Of a stretch of 64,000 bases of DNA, positions 1 through 10,620 are shown piece after piece. Every line of letters starts with the position of its first letter. Position 1 is the stretch's first letter. The notes under the pieces were generated by a model. The model had not been told where the DNA came from. It ran no database searches and was given only the letters and a program-made list of their open reading frames with translations. The DNA is from Harriotta raleighana (Eukaryota): positions 771,877 to 835,876 of the forward strand of contig JBNZDD010013683.1 in NCBI GenBank assembly GCA_050575255.1, given 5' to 3'. The position numbers and the translations under genes are program-made.

Positions 1-452
1 GGAGGGGAAGGCAGGTGATCAATAGTACGATCGAAGAGGAGGGTCTTGAGGCGGGACTTGAAGGTGGTGAGCGAGAGGCTAAAGGTGAGGACTGGGATCT
101 TGAATTGAATCCTCTGAGTGATGGGAAGCCAGTGGAGTCAGGCGAGAATGGGAGTGAAGAGGTCGCAATGCTTGGTGCAGAAGATGTCATGAGCTGCAGA
201 GTGCTGGATGTTCTGCAGCTGGGGAGGCTGACAAGCAGGGCATTGGCATAGTCGAGCCTGGACGTGATGAAGGCATGAATGAGAGTTTCAGCGGTCTGAA
301 GAGTGAGGCAGTGATGCAGTTGGATAATGTTGTGAAGGTAAGGGAAGGCAGAGTGGGTCATGGCATGGATGTGGGGGAGAAAAGACTGTTGAGGATCGAA
401 TAAGATACTTAGCTTCCTGACAGCCAAAGGATGGAAAACACAGGCAGAGGGG
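1..452 (-). mobile_element. L2 (LINE2) retrotransposon 3' fragment, decayed ORF2 C-terminus
   Basis: Reverse strand of 241-300 translates QTAETLIHAFITSRLDYANA, the typical L2 ORF2 C-terminal motif; homologous to the copy at 52280-52822; runs off the window start. Confidence 0.9.
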
Positions 453-629
453 GAAATGAGACACAATAATAAGGAACCAGGCGCAAGACTTAAACGTTCT
501 GCTCTCTCAGTGCGTAAAATTTGTGCACGAGTGTGAAGGACTTGTCTGAAACTGTGAGGAAACTGGAGCATTCTGTTTCCGCGTGTCGGTGCTGGCATCA
601 TGGAGGATCATAGGGCAATGCAGTCAAAG

Positions 630-1335
630 GCACTTGTCTCTGAATCTCGCTTAATTCAGTGATGGGGCTTGGAGGGACATCAATCAATCAAAATTACATT
701 TTTATAAAGACTTTCACATCGGGAGGACATGCCAAGGCGCTGAACAGTCAAGTAAGGATCAGACCAAGGCGGGAGGGGTCGGGGGAAGGAAAGTAGGAAA
801 ATTGACTATATTTGTGGGCGAAACGTGGCAGCCAAATTGCGCACAGCAGTGTCCCACAAACAGTCATGGAAGTGGGGTCAGGGGAGAAAGGGGGAAAAGA
901 ATGTAAGGGGGAGAGAGAGGGGAAGGCGGGGGTGGGGCAAAGTCAGGGAAGAAGAGGGGGACAAAGGGGGGGCAAGGAAAGAGAGGGAGGGAAAGATGGG
1001 GTGGGGGGTCTCGGCTCGCAGGATACTGGGTAGCGCCTGCAACAAAAAAAAAATCTCCTTTCTTCCTTCTCGATGGCTGCAGGGGGCTTGAAGGAAAGCG
1101 AATGATTTGAGCAACTCTCTAGCAATGCTCCAGCGACCTGAGAAATGTACTTTGACACTAATGATTGACTGATACCCGCAGAAGCATCAGTAGGGGGTGT
1201 TTAAAGCGCCGGTGGCACAGAAGGCGGACGCTGCAGTCACCTTCACCGGCACTGGTGAGGCGAAATTACTAAGGACGTGACACTCGAAATCTTGTTTGCA
1301 CAAATCATGCCAGGCACCGCTCGCTGAATCTCAAT
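630..1335 (-). pseudogene. PIF/Harbinger transposase remnant (N-terminal half), split by a SINE and a purine tract
   Basis: Minus-strand frames read RFSERCL/HDLC..ASPVPVKVTAASAFCATG..GISQSLVSKYISQVAGALL and, past the insertion, SLQAPSLN; DNA is visibly homologous to 32850-32975. Confidence 0.75.
681..870 (-). mobile_element. SINE 3' half with L2-type tail ending in (TTGA)n
   Basis: SINE body (tgtgggacactgctgtgcgcaatttggctgccacgtttcgcccacaaatatagtcaatt on the reverse strand) joined to ttgactgttcagcgccttggcatgtcctcccgatgtgaaag..ttgattgattga; same structure at 15555 and 44395. Confidence 0.85.
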
Positions 1336-1694
1336 CTATAGCAACATTCAACACATGGTTTCCTTTTGTTCCTTGCAAAACTGAAAGCCATTAGCACGTT
1401 TTTTTTTTTTCTTTTTAGCAATTTGTTTTGCTGTGCAACCGACGGGCCCCATTACATATTCCGTACTTGTCCTTAATGCCGTGAAAAATGTAATCTAAAT
1501 AAACCCAAAAGCAATTAACTATTAGTGGCTACAAATTGCCTTCTAAAGTAGCATATGTGGTGTAATGTGTCACACACCGGTTCATTAGCATACACGCGAA
1601 TATGGTGCCATACCGCGGCATTACATAAATAATGAGCAGGTGATGAATAAGACAGCATAAAATGGAAGGCGTAAGATGAACAAAGTGTTTCTCT

Positions 1695-1812
1695 ATTTTA
1701 AGCAGCTGCCTACAAACACGCAGCCCCTGCACTTTGCAGTGAATCCTGTGAGGCGCTAGGAGACGTCTTCGTGCCGTGAAAGGCCCTGCCTCAAATGGAA
1801 GGATTATTATTT
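1695..1812 (+). mobile_element. SINE 3' tail fragment
   Basis: gtgaggcgctaggagacgtc..gtgaaaggcc..tcaaatggaaggattattatt matches the family tail. Confidence 0.7.
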
Positions 1813-1877
1813 AGTAAAACAAGATCTTGTTGCAAACTTAGACCCAAACACTGCATGAGAGCTACTGCCCGCTTACA

Positions 1878-2295
1878 ACGGCAAAATTATGTTTGTATAG
1901 CGCCTTTCATGTCAGGAGGATGTTCCAAGGACGCTGGGCAGTCAGTGTTTCAGACCCGAGCTGGGGTCAGGATTGGGGAGGAAGGGAGTGACCAATGGCA
2001 CTGTTGAAGAGGACGATCTTGAGGCGGGATTGGGAGGAGACTAGGGAGGGGGCGAGGCGGACGGATTGCGGGATGGAATTCCAAAGGTTGGCGGCTGAGT
2101 GTTCGAAGGCTCACCCCCATGGTGGGGCTGGTTGGTTGGGGGACATGGATCAGGCTGGAGCCCCCTGAGCAGAGGGAATGGATAGAGATGGTAGGGTGTT
2201 AGGAGGTCACAAACGTTGTAATGGGGGTGGGTTGCAAGGCGATGGAAGGCTTTGAAAGTGAGGACTAGGATCTTGAATCCTCTGTGTGATTGAAT
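1878..2295 (-). mobile_element. L2 3' fragment
   Basis: Minus-strand FKILVLTFKAFHRLA motif (ORF 2041-2328) plus L2 tail gcgcctttcatgtcaggaggatgttccaagg. Confidence 0.85.
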
Positions 2296-3267
2296 CCTCT
2301 TTTTACTGGAATAGAATACACTTAGCACCTAGGTAAAAGTAGTTGCCATGGGAACCTATGAACGTGCACACTTAATCAAAGAAATGGCTAATTATTACTT
2401 ATCTTTAATGCATGTGACCCTTCCATTTATAAATGTAAATTACATTTGAGTTTCAATTAATTGTTATGCTAAGCTGTAATTTTCATAGAGTGAGGACAAG
2501 CCTTCACAGACTGTTTCCCTCTTTAACGTGATCAGTGCTGACAAAGACCAGCTGAACATCAGCCTGTAAAGAAAGGACACCTTTCATCCATGGAGGGAAT
2601 TGACTGATAAGAATTTTGCTGTCTGCTTCCGATTCAAAGCATTTTCTGCAATTGTTCCATAGCTCTCCACAGTCTCCCTACAGTCTTCCTTTCGAACTAC
2701 CGGGGTGAACAGAAGAGCGAGAACTGCACTTCACTGATGTCAATTTTCCATCCAGTGTATGTAAATGAATCCGGTTCAGCCTCAGCACAGACCAGCACTT
2801 TAATCAAAGTCACAAGGATTTATTATTTACAGTTGTCTTGACCTGACTTGAGGACGTAGACACGAAAGGTTGTGAATAGGAAAGGACCAGTGGTAAGATC
2901 GGAAACATTACAATATTGCTTAAATGGTTCAGACAGAAATTATTTTTTAGCATCCACATGTGGCATTTTACTTCTGCTTTCCAGATGGTTTTAGTGGTTC
3001 TTATTGCCTTTATTTACAACTGGTTGGGGGAAAATTCCACAGGATCTTTCCTTGGCTGGTTTCATGAGTTGAATGGAGTCCACTGACTTGATATAGTCTC
3101 AGTTTGCCAGACTGTTTTGTCTTAAAATTGAGGGACATTCTTTAAGTTATCAACAGCAACACTTGCATTTGTTGTTGAAGACGTGAAAAGTGCTATATCA
3201 AAGTGTGAGCAGGATTATTTATTAGTATTAAAAGTAAAGTGAACAGAAATTCTGACAAAAGTGCATT

Positions 3268-3368
3268 AATAATAATAATCCTTGCGTTTGATATACCACT
3301 TTCATGTCTTCTAGATGTCTCAAAGTGCTTCACTGTAAAGTGAATTGTCTATATATTTGTGGGTGAAA
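3268..3368 (-). mobile_element. SINE 3' tail
   Basis: aataataatccttgcgtttgatataccactttcatgtcttctagatgtctcaaagtgcttcac is the reverse complement of the family tail. Confidence 0.8.
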
Positions 3369-3372
3369 AATT

Positions 3373-3450
3373 AACCCAAAACGTTTGCTCATTTTCCTCT
3401 CTCCATGGATTCTGCCTGACCGTCTGCATGTTCCCAGTGACTTCTGTGAT
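3373..3450 (+). mobile_element. Half copy of the Penelope-like palindromic element
   Basis: acccaaaacgtttgctcattttcctctctccatggattctgcctgacc..tgttcccagtgacttctg matches the right arm at 6978-7045 and 14320-14390. Confidence 0.65.
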
Positions 3451-4084
3451 TATCCTGCATTTATATCGTGCCTTCAAATAGGATAGTGTTAAAGAATTTT
3501 TAAAATTAAGTCTTTACTTGTAGGCCGCTTTAATGCAATTTCTGATAAGAACTGGCTTCCAAATTCAGAGTAAATGTAATTATTTTTCACTGCAGGATGT
3601 TAAATTTTTAAATGAAATGGTTTTTGGATTTTGTCTGAATTTCAGAACCCTAGATGTTTGTCGGAGAAGGCTTTGGTTTGTTCTAATCAGTAGTATATTA
3701 TGATTATTATATAGTATGCTCCTGAAACTAACTAATGCATTTTAATAAAACTAAAAACTAAAACTAATAAGAAACATATCTTGGGGTGATCACAAACAAC
3801 CCTTTTTTAAAATAAAAATATGAAAGCTGTAAACAGGGTGAAAATAGCATTGAAACACCACAGTGTTGTGAAGAACGAGCAAGAGGGAGAACGAGATTGC
3901 TGAGCTGCAGGAAGTTGATAATGTGTCTAGAAGGTAGCATGTCTTTTTATAATGCGATTTATCATCATCTCAGGAGTCAGTCATGGTCAGCACAATGCAC
4001 CTCTTGATAACATTGTAAGTTTACAACAGTGGTTGCCTGTCAATGGAGCTTGACGACAACTGTTTAGCAAAGAGCATTAGGCAT

Positions 4085-4200
4085 TTCACTGAGAAAAGTA
4101 GATACGTGCGCTCACTCCAAAGGGAGTTTAGGAGGAGCTTCTTCATGCGGAGGATGACAAGAATGTGGAACTCGTGGATGGAGGCTGTGGTTGAATGAAC
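4085..4200 (+). mobile_element. CR1 LINE ORF2 C-terminal fragment
   Basis: aggaggagcttcttcatgcggaggatgacaagaatgtggaactcg reads RRSFFMRRMTRMWNS, close to the CR1 RxxFFxQRVVxxWNSLP motif. Confidence 0.7.
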
Positions 4201-4214
4201 CAATGCAATGCTGG

Positions 4215-4522
4215 GAGCCTGGCTGCATTGTCTGAATTGCCTTCATTTGGACGAGCCAAATGAAAACCCCCATCTGCAGTTCAGGTGGATGTTTAAGATC
4301 CTAAGCCACTATTTAACAAGAGCAAGGAGTATCTCCTCATGTCCTCACAAATAAATCAGTCTTTCATTTTGTGGCTGTTTATGGGACGTTCCAGCGAACA
4401 ATTGGGTTGTCGCATTCGCCTACAAATACATAGTCATTTCACTCCAAAGTAAAGTGACTGTGAAGCACTTTGGGAAGTCTTCTGAATATGGAAGGTGCTA
4501 TATCAAATGCAAGGATTATTGT
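4215..4522 (+). mobile_element. Deu-domain SINE (SacSINE1/AmnSINE1-like)
   Basis: catctgcagttcaggtggatgtttaagatcctaagccactattt..gagcaaggagtatctcc..tgtcct Deu core, then tail tatcaaatgcaaggattatt. Confidence 0.75.
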
Positions 4523-5199
4523 TAGAAGTACAGTAGTAGTAATAGTGTGCAAGAGCTGTCCGATTACAAGGCTCCAATTTCATCTCGGAGATTAAATTAT
4601 AATTATCAGAAGCTCAAATTTTATAGTTGTAATTTTTGACTTATTCTGGACACTGATTTGAGTCTGTGTTCTTTGAAATAATTCCCAGTCACTCAATTAT
4701 GCTCACAAGGAGCCAGTTCCTTGCTTTGAGAAAGTAAAGCAATGTGATTTCTCTTGATACAGTGCTCTGTGGTAGGTAGGAGGCAGTGTATGTTCATGCA
4801 TTGTCTTGATAGATTTTGCTTCTTGTTATATATAAGCTGCCAACTGTAAGAACTGTTACAATCCATGTAAATTCATGAACCTAGAACCAATTTTATTCAA
4901 GTAATAAGGCAAGCAGGCTACATATTTGTGGAATAAAAACAGGCTGGACCAAAATAATTATGATCGTCTGCTTATAACAGTGAATTGAAAGTGTTCAATG
5001 TAACATTGAATCTCAGATACAAATCTCATGTCTCTCAGAACTCCTTTGTCTCACGCATTACGCCCAACTATTCCATGAAACTATACCGTTGAATTCCTTA
5101 AGCTTCTGAACCTGTTTCCTCCATCGTCCATAGTTAATGACCCTGAGAAGACAGTTGATGATATATTGATGCAATCCTAAACCTGGATTAAAACTTCGG

Positions 5200-5537
5200 T
5201 ACAGTGGTTGGGGGGTTGCTCTGCAGTGACAGAAGTGATGTCATTTGGATGAAGCCTTAAAACGAGGCCCAGTCTGCCTGTTCAGGTGGACATTAAAGAT
5301 GCCATGGTATTGCGTGATAACAAAAGGGAGTTTCTCCCGGTGTCCTGCAAACAATCCCCCAAATAAAATCGTCATTCATCTTCTGGCTGTTTCGGTAAAT
5401 TGCTGTAAACAAAATTGGCCACCCTACTTTCCCACAAAGTACACAGTCACTACACTTTACTATAAATCCATCAAGCGTACAAAGGTATCTTCCCAACATG
5501 ATGGGATGTAATATCAAATGTAAGGATTATTATTAAT
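5200..5537 (+). mobile_element. Deu-domain SINE
   Basis: ggatgaagccttaaaacgaggcccagtctgcctgttcaggtggacattaaagatgccatgg..ggagtttctcccggtgtcctg is the Deu domain; family tail at 5510-5537. Confidence 0.85.
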
Positions 5538-6823
5538 ACAGTAATAGCTGCTTAAGGTATTTTCTAATGATATCATAAAACTTAGGTCACCCGACTCCAG
5601 GAATGAATTGGACAAGTTTCTGAGTAATGTGGACGCTGTTTTTAGTTTTAATTTCTTTGGAATTATGACATTTATTTGGCCTTTATTTCATTCCGATTTC
5701 CAGCAATCGTTTTGACTTCAGTAGTGGCCGACGTCATAATTGGTCAACTTTCAGATGGTAAGGTCGAGAATGAGGTCACTATCAGCGTGCTTCGTGCAGA
5801 CAGCACCTAGTGCATTGCAGGAAGTGATGTCCAGGACGATCTTACAATCTTACAAAGTCAGCCATATTTATGTGTAGAAAGAAAGTTTAAAAGACTAGGA
5901 ATTTCTTCTCCTTGTTTTGGGCAAAATCGGAAAACCCAACAGTCTTTTGAACCGGTTAGAATTGGAAGCCAGCGAGGCTGCATATACATGCGCCTGCAAT
6001 TCAATCTTCAAGTTCAAAATACATCTTCAATGACTCTGTCACGATCAGGGAGTTGGGCCGCCGTTTTCTCTTTACATTTGCACAGCTCAGAAAAGAAATA
6101 GCCGAATGGTGCTTGTTCCCTCTTGGGTGCTTCTGTTAACACTGCATGTCCGAAGCCCACTTGCACCATAGGAGATAGTCTTTGTCTTTTTCTTGTTACT
6201 GCGTGACACTGGTGCTAATGGGGAAAACGGAACAAAAAACACTTTTGCTGCAATAATGTGCAATGTTTCTTTTGCATCTTCACTAAAAAGAATTAAGGCA
6301 ACGATGTGTGGTGCTGAGGGAGTGAAATTCCACCCATGAAGTACTCCCAGGATTTTGCAATAACTTTTCCCTGACAGGTATACAGAGCACATCGCCAATC
6401 TTTGTAAGTGAAAGCATGCTTTTCCCAAGTGTGAGTTATGACAGTGTTTTCCATGAGTGAAATAGCAGCTGGAACATTGTGACTCAGGAGATTTTCTGTT
6501 TAATCTGTGGAAATTCAGCTCCTGGCAAAATCAGGGGGGGCATTTTAGGAGCCCTGCATATTGATGCCATTTACTCAAGATTATATTTATATACATATAA
6601 ATTTCAGATGTGTTGGAATATTAACTTTGTTTCTGTTCAATAATGTACTGAAAGGATTCATAGTCAAACTTCTATTGGTTTGACCAATAACAGTAAGTGC
6701 TTTAGTGAATATACTGAAAAGGGAATTGACTATATATTTTGTGCATGAAACGCAGCAGGCAATTGCGCACAGCAGTGACCCACAAACAATCGTGGATTGA
6801 GTGACCAAGATTTTTGAACTAAA

Positions 6824-7066
6824 AACAAACTCAAAATACTGCAGATGCTGAAATCTGAAACAAAAACAGACGTTGCTGGGAATACTCAGCAGGTCAGGCA
6901 GCATCAATGGAGAAAGGAAAAGTGAGTCAGTGTTTCGGGGTCCACAACTCCAAGTGAGTTCTGACGAAGGGTCATGGACCCAAAACATTGACTCACTTTT
7001 CTTTTCCCCATAGATGCTGCCTGATCTCCTGAGTGTTCCCAGTGATTGAGGTTTTTTTGCTGTTGG
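6824..7066. mobile_element. Palindromic Penelope-like element (PLE)-derived insertion
   Basis: Arms 6876-6944 and 6975-7042 are reverse complements (about 9 differences in 69 nt) around ctgacgaagggtcatggaccc; inverted 5'-truncated pseudo-LTR layout typical of PLE derivatives. Confidence 0.8.
6952..6998 (+). ncRNA. Minimal type I hammerhead ribozyme motif (this copy likely inactivated by CpG decay)
   Basis: Stem I AAGUGAGUU(6952-60)/GACUCACUU(6990-98); core CUGACGA(6961-67); stem II GGGUC-AUG-GACCC; then AAAAC-AUU where GAAAC-GUU is expected. The opposite arm keeps gaccccGAAAc. Confidence 0.7.
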
Positions 7067-7714
7067 TTTTTCTTTGAAGGGAAAGTGATCCGCCAGTCGA
7101 CCAACAACTGGTTTCCTTCTTATTGCTAGGTAAACAGAGATGTGCGGAGTTGGGAAAGTTGCCCAGGTTTCTGCCCACCTGGGTATTGAACCTGAGTCCT
7201 CTTGCAAGGTGAGTGTGTTAACCACTACGCTGTGGGAATCCACTTTAGCCTCAGTGTTGCAGAGTTTATTAGTGACAATTGCTCTGATAGTATGCTGAGC
7301 TCCTGGTGGCTCCCTTTAAACTCCTAGAAAAGTATTTAGACATTTCTGCTGCAGATACCAGAGATTCAGACAATACTGCTGTCACAACACAGGTGTAAGA
7401 ACTGTAATCACTTGAAAAGGTGGGTCCACAAAAACTGAGAAGAATTCATTACATTTTACTCGTAAAATAAACAAATGAGATCAGCGGATGAGCCTGCAAT
7501 AGGAATTCCAGGTTTAGTTCAATGTCACAGATGCAATTTGTAAATTAATTCCCAAGCTTCACCACAGTTTTTTGCAATGGGGACATGCTTTCCTTCGGTA
7601 CATACAGACAGTAATTCAAGTCTGTGTCAGGAGGGTTGAACTTTCTTCGTTAGGCCCCTGAATTTTTCTGGACTGGTCTGCAAAGTGATTGAAGCCCTTA
7701 GCAAACACTGACCT

Positions 7715-7995
7715 GCTTTGTGCCCTCCACCCTATATGGCGTCCTTTGGGCAGGTTAACCTTCAGTCATATTGGCCCCAGCACCTGGAATTCCATCCCAT
7801 GTTTCCTTCAACTCGCTCCCTCACTTCTCCCATTCAAAGCCTGTATCGAGATGTACCCCATTGAGCTCGTTTTAGGTCATCTTCACCCCTCCTCACCCTC
7901 GTCTGATCTCACCCTCCCCCACGCTCGGGTGCCCAGCTAGCAATGTCACCAAGTACCAATGTCAAAGACACTGTAAAAATGTAAATTACATCAAT
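7715..7995 (+). mobile_element. L2 3' fragment, old
   Basis: FSHIGPSTWNSIP..LAPSLLPFKA (ORF 7689-7940) matches the L2 ORF2 end; decayed tail follows. Confidence 0.75.
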
Positions 7996-8911
7996 TTGAT
8001 CCTTATGATTTGCACAAACATTGCTCGCTCACACCTAGCCAAGTAGCTGCAGGCAGCCTTAAGTTTCATTATCTAATCCATTTTGTAAGAGAATACAGGG
8101 CTTCACAATTCAGTGCAGCTGACTGAATTCCTACTTCGGAGAGCGGTTTCCTTATTTTGTGTTCCCCATTCTTACTGCTCTCCTTTGCTTGATATATTTG
8201 TTATCAATTACTCTAGGAGCTGGTGATTTGTGCAGCAAGTTACTAACAAAAAACTTTAGATGAGCTAGAACAGAGATCTTGAGGCCTGGAAGAGCTGGAT
8301 TGTTTGCAATTTGCTTTGAATCCTTCCCACCTCTCCACTTGTCAAAATGTATTCATTGAAAGAGGAAGTTCTTCATCTTTTTTAAGCACCAAGAATTGCT
8401 TTGCCCTCCTGGTAAAAGACATCTCACAGTGGGGTTTCAAGATGTCATGAATCAGCTATTTCCCACAATATGATGTACATGCACTGTGTGTTCTTTTTCC
8501 TTTACACTTTGATTCAGTTATACTGTATTTCTGTCCATCATTTCGCGGAAACAGATCAAACATGCCAAACACATCCAAACACAGCCATTTGGATTGTCTA
8601 CAAAATAGGTGCCTACGTGTGTGTGCCTCTTAGACTAAGACCTAAGACATTGGGAACTGTCTGACTTGATTAATAATTTGTATGGCTTCCTTCATTTTAG
8701 TACCAGAAAGTCATGAGAGACTACATGTATGAGTGTGTTTGTGGGAGGGGTGATATTCCATACTTTTCACACTTCNGATGTGTGTGTGTATGAGTGTGTT
8801 TGTGGGAGGGGTGATATTCCATACTTTTCACACTTCAACAGGTCACAAGTGGTCACAACTGGTCAATGTGAAGCAGATCATTTATTTATTGAGCCATTTC
8901 ATCTTGTGGAA

Positions 8912-9188
8912 CCTGTAGCTCAGTGGATAGAGCACTCACCTTACAAATGTGAGACCTGTGTTCGAATCCAGGCAGCTCAGGATGAAACGTTGGGTGAGTT
9001 TCTCTACTCCACACACCTAATAATAATCCCAGTGGGACACTATTGTGCACAATTGGTTGTGCATTTCACCCACAAATGTACAGTCAATTAGCTTTACAGT
9101 ATATTCTATGAAGCGCTTTGAGACATCTAGAAGATGTGAACAAGCAAGGATTAATCAAATGCAAGAATTATTATTTATTTTATTATTA
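8912..9188 (+). mobile_element. tRNA-derived SINE, near full length
   Basis: A box ctgtagctcagtggatagagc, B box gttcgaatcc, family body and tail aatgcaagaattattattt. Confidence 0.88.
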
Positions 9189-9189
9189 T

Positions 9190-9610
9190 CTCGTCCTTCC
9201 AAAATACCAATGTTACAAGTTCCCCATTGCCCTGCCTTCAACTGCCCTTCCTAGTAATGCATTTGAGCTATTCCTTACCCCCTATGTGAAGAAAGCTTCT
9301 GAGGACTGACCTTAAACTGCCATTTAAAACCCTGAGGCCGTGGCCTCTTCGGGACACCTGAAAATGTCATTTGGATTTGTTTCCTCTTTCCTGTTAAGTA
9401 TCTTATATGCCTCTATAAGGTCCCCTGTGGGATCTCTCTTTTCAAGGTTGAAAAACCGTAGCTTATCTGGTCAGTCCTCCTAGTTTATCCCTCCAGCTCT
9501 GCGGATCAGTCTTTTTCCTCTGTGCCTAATACCTTACAGCTATGAAAACAGAATTGACAATAGTAAGGCCAGTTAACAACCACATAAACGTACTGTGTTG
9601 ACGTCGGGCA
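9190..9610 (-). mobile_element. CR1 LINE ORF2 C-terminal fragment
   Basis: Reverse strand reads ..FNLEKRDPTGDLIEAYKILN.., close to CR1 FSLERRRLRGDLIEVYKIM. Confidence 0.75.
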
Positions 9611-10146
9611 CTGAGTAATACTAACAGATTGTAATGGTATCATTTTAGAAATTAAGATGTAAAATTTCAGGTTCTCACACGGGTAGGTACAGGAACTCAC
9701 TACCAGAATGTCCAAAAGTTGGATTATCACCCCCTCAAAACTCTGCTGGCAGCCACAATACCTGATTTCTAACAATATTGCTTCTTCACAATTTTTTTTC
9801 ACCAGACACTTTAATGAAATAAAGTGCCTTCATTTTGTGAAGGAGATGTCTTGCATGAAATGCACAGGTATTTAAGAATGTGAGATTTATTCGTTTTCAG
9901 TCTTGATGGAATACTACAGGGATTGCTAGTTTTGCAATTAGAATATAAAGAAAAGCATAACCTGCTGCATAATTAATTGAAAATGCAATACGCCTTGCAC
10001 TATAATCAATTATGAAGTGCCATCAGACACACTGAGTATAAACCTGCAATTCCCCAGCCATGGTACATACTGGGGGAAAAGATGGCAGTGCAGTTGAAGA
10101 AATTTTAGATATCTTGCTGATAAATCTGCCTTTGTCTGGGTAGTTT

Positions 10147-10620
10147 TCATAGAATCAAAGAATTATACAACACCAACAAAATTACATTTGCATATCGCCT
10201 TTCACGTCGGGAGGATGTCCCAAGGCAAGGTCAATTTTTCAGACCCGAGCTGGGGTTGGGATGGGGGAGGTTTGAGGGAAAGGAGGGGATTTGGGTTGAT
10301 CGTCGAAGAGGAGGGTCTTGAGGCAAGACTTGAAGGAACCAAGGGAGGGAACGAGGCGAAGGGACTGCAGGAATTTCAGAGGTTAGGGACAGAATGGCTG
10401 ACGGCTCGCCCGTCGATTGTGGGGCAGGTGGATCGGGGGGTCGTGGAACAACGCGGAACACAGAAAGAGGCCATTCTGCCTATTGTGTCTGTACCTGCTC
10501 TTTGAAAAAGAGCTTTCCAAATCAATCCCACTCCACCGCTCGCGCCCCATAGCCCTACAAACTTGTCCTCCCTAAACAAGTGACTACTTCTCTCTTAAAA
10601 GTTGTTATCAAATTGACTTT
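10147..10620 (-). mobile_element. CR1 3' UTR tail interrupted by an L2 insertion
   Basis: catagaatcaaagaattatacaac at 10148 continues as acacagaaagaggccattctgcctattgtgtctgtacctgctctttgaaaaag at ~10458. Confidence 0.75.
10168..10456 (-). mobile_element. L2 3' fragment nested in CR1 tail
   Basis: caacaccaacaaaattacatttgcatatcgcctttcacgtcgggaggatgtcccaaggc tail; frame TCPTIDGRAVSHSVPNL. Confidence 0.85.

Larger units (their letters stand above)
6690..7240 (-). mobile_element. tRNA-derived SINE (long variant) carrying a nested palindromic element
   Basis: Reverse-strand tRNA-like head at 7180-7235 (agcgtagtggttaacacactcaccttgcaagaggactcaggttcaatacc); body matches 35586-35955; interrupted at ~6824-7066. 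Confidence 0.8.

Noticed and set aside
6587-7243. Longest ORF in the window (218 aa)
   Set aside because: Reads through a SINE and the nested palindrome; no protein family motif.
8726-8836. 50-bp direct repeat around N at 8776
   Set aside because: Scaffolding overlap artefact.
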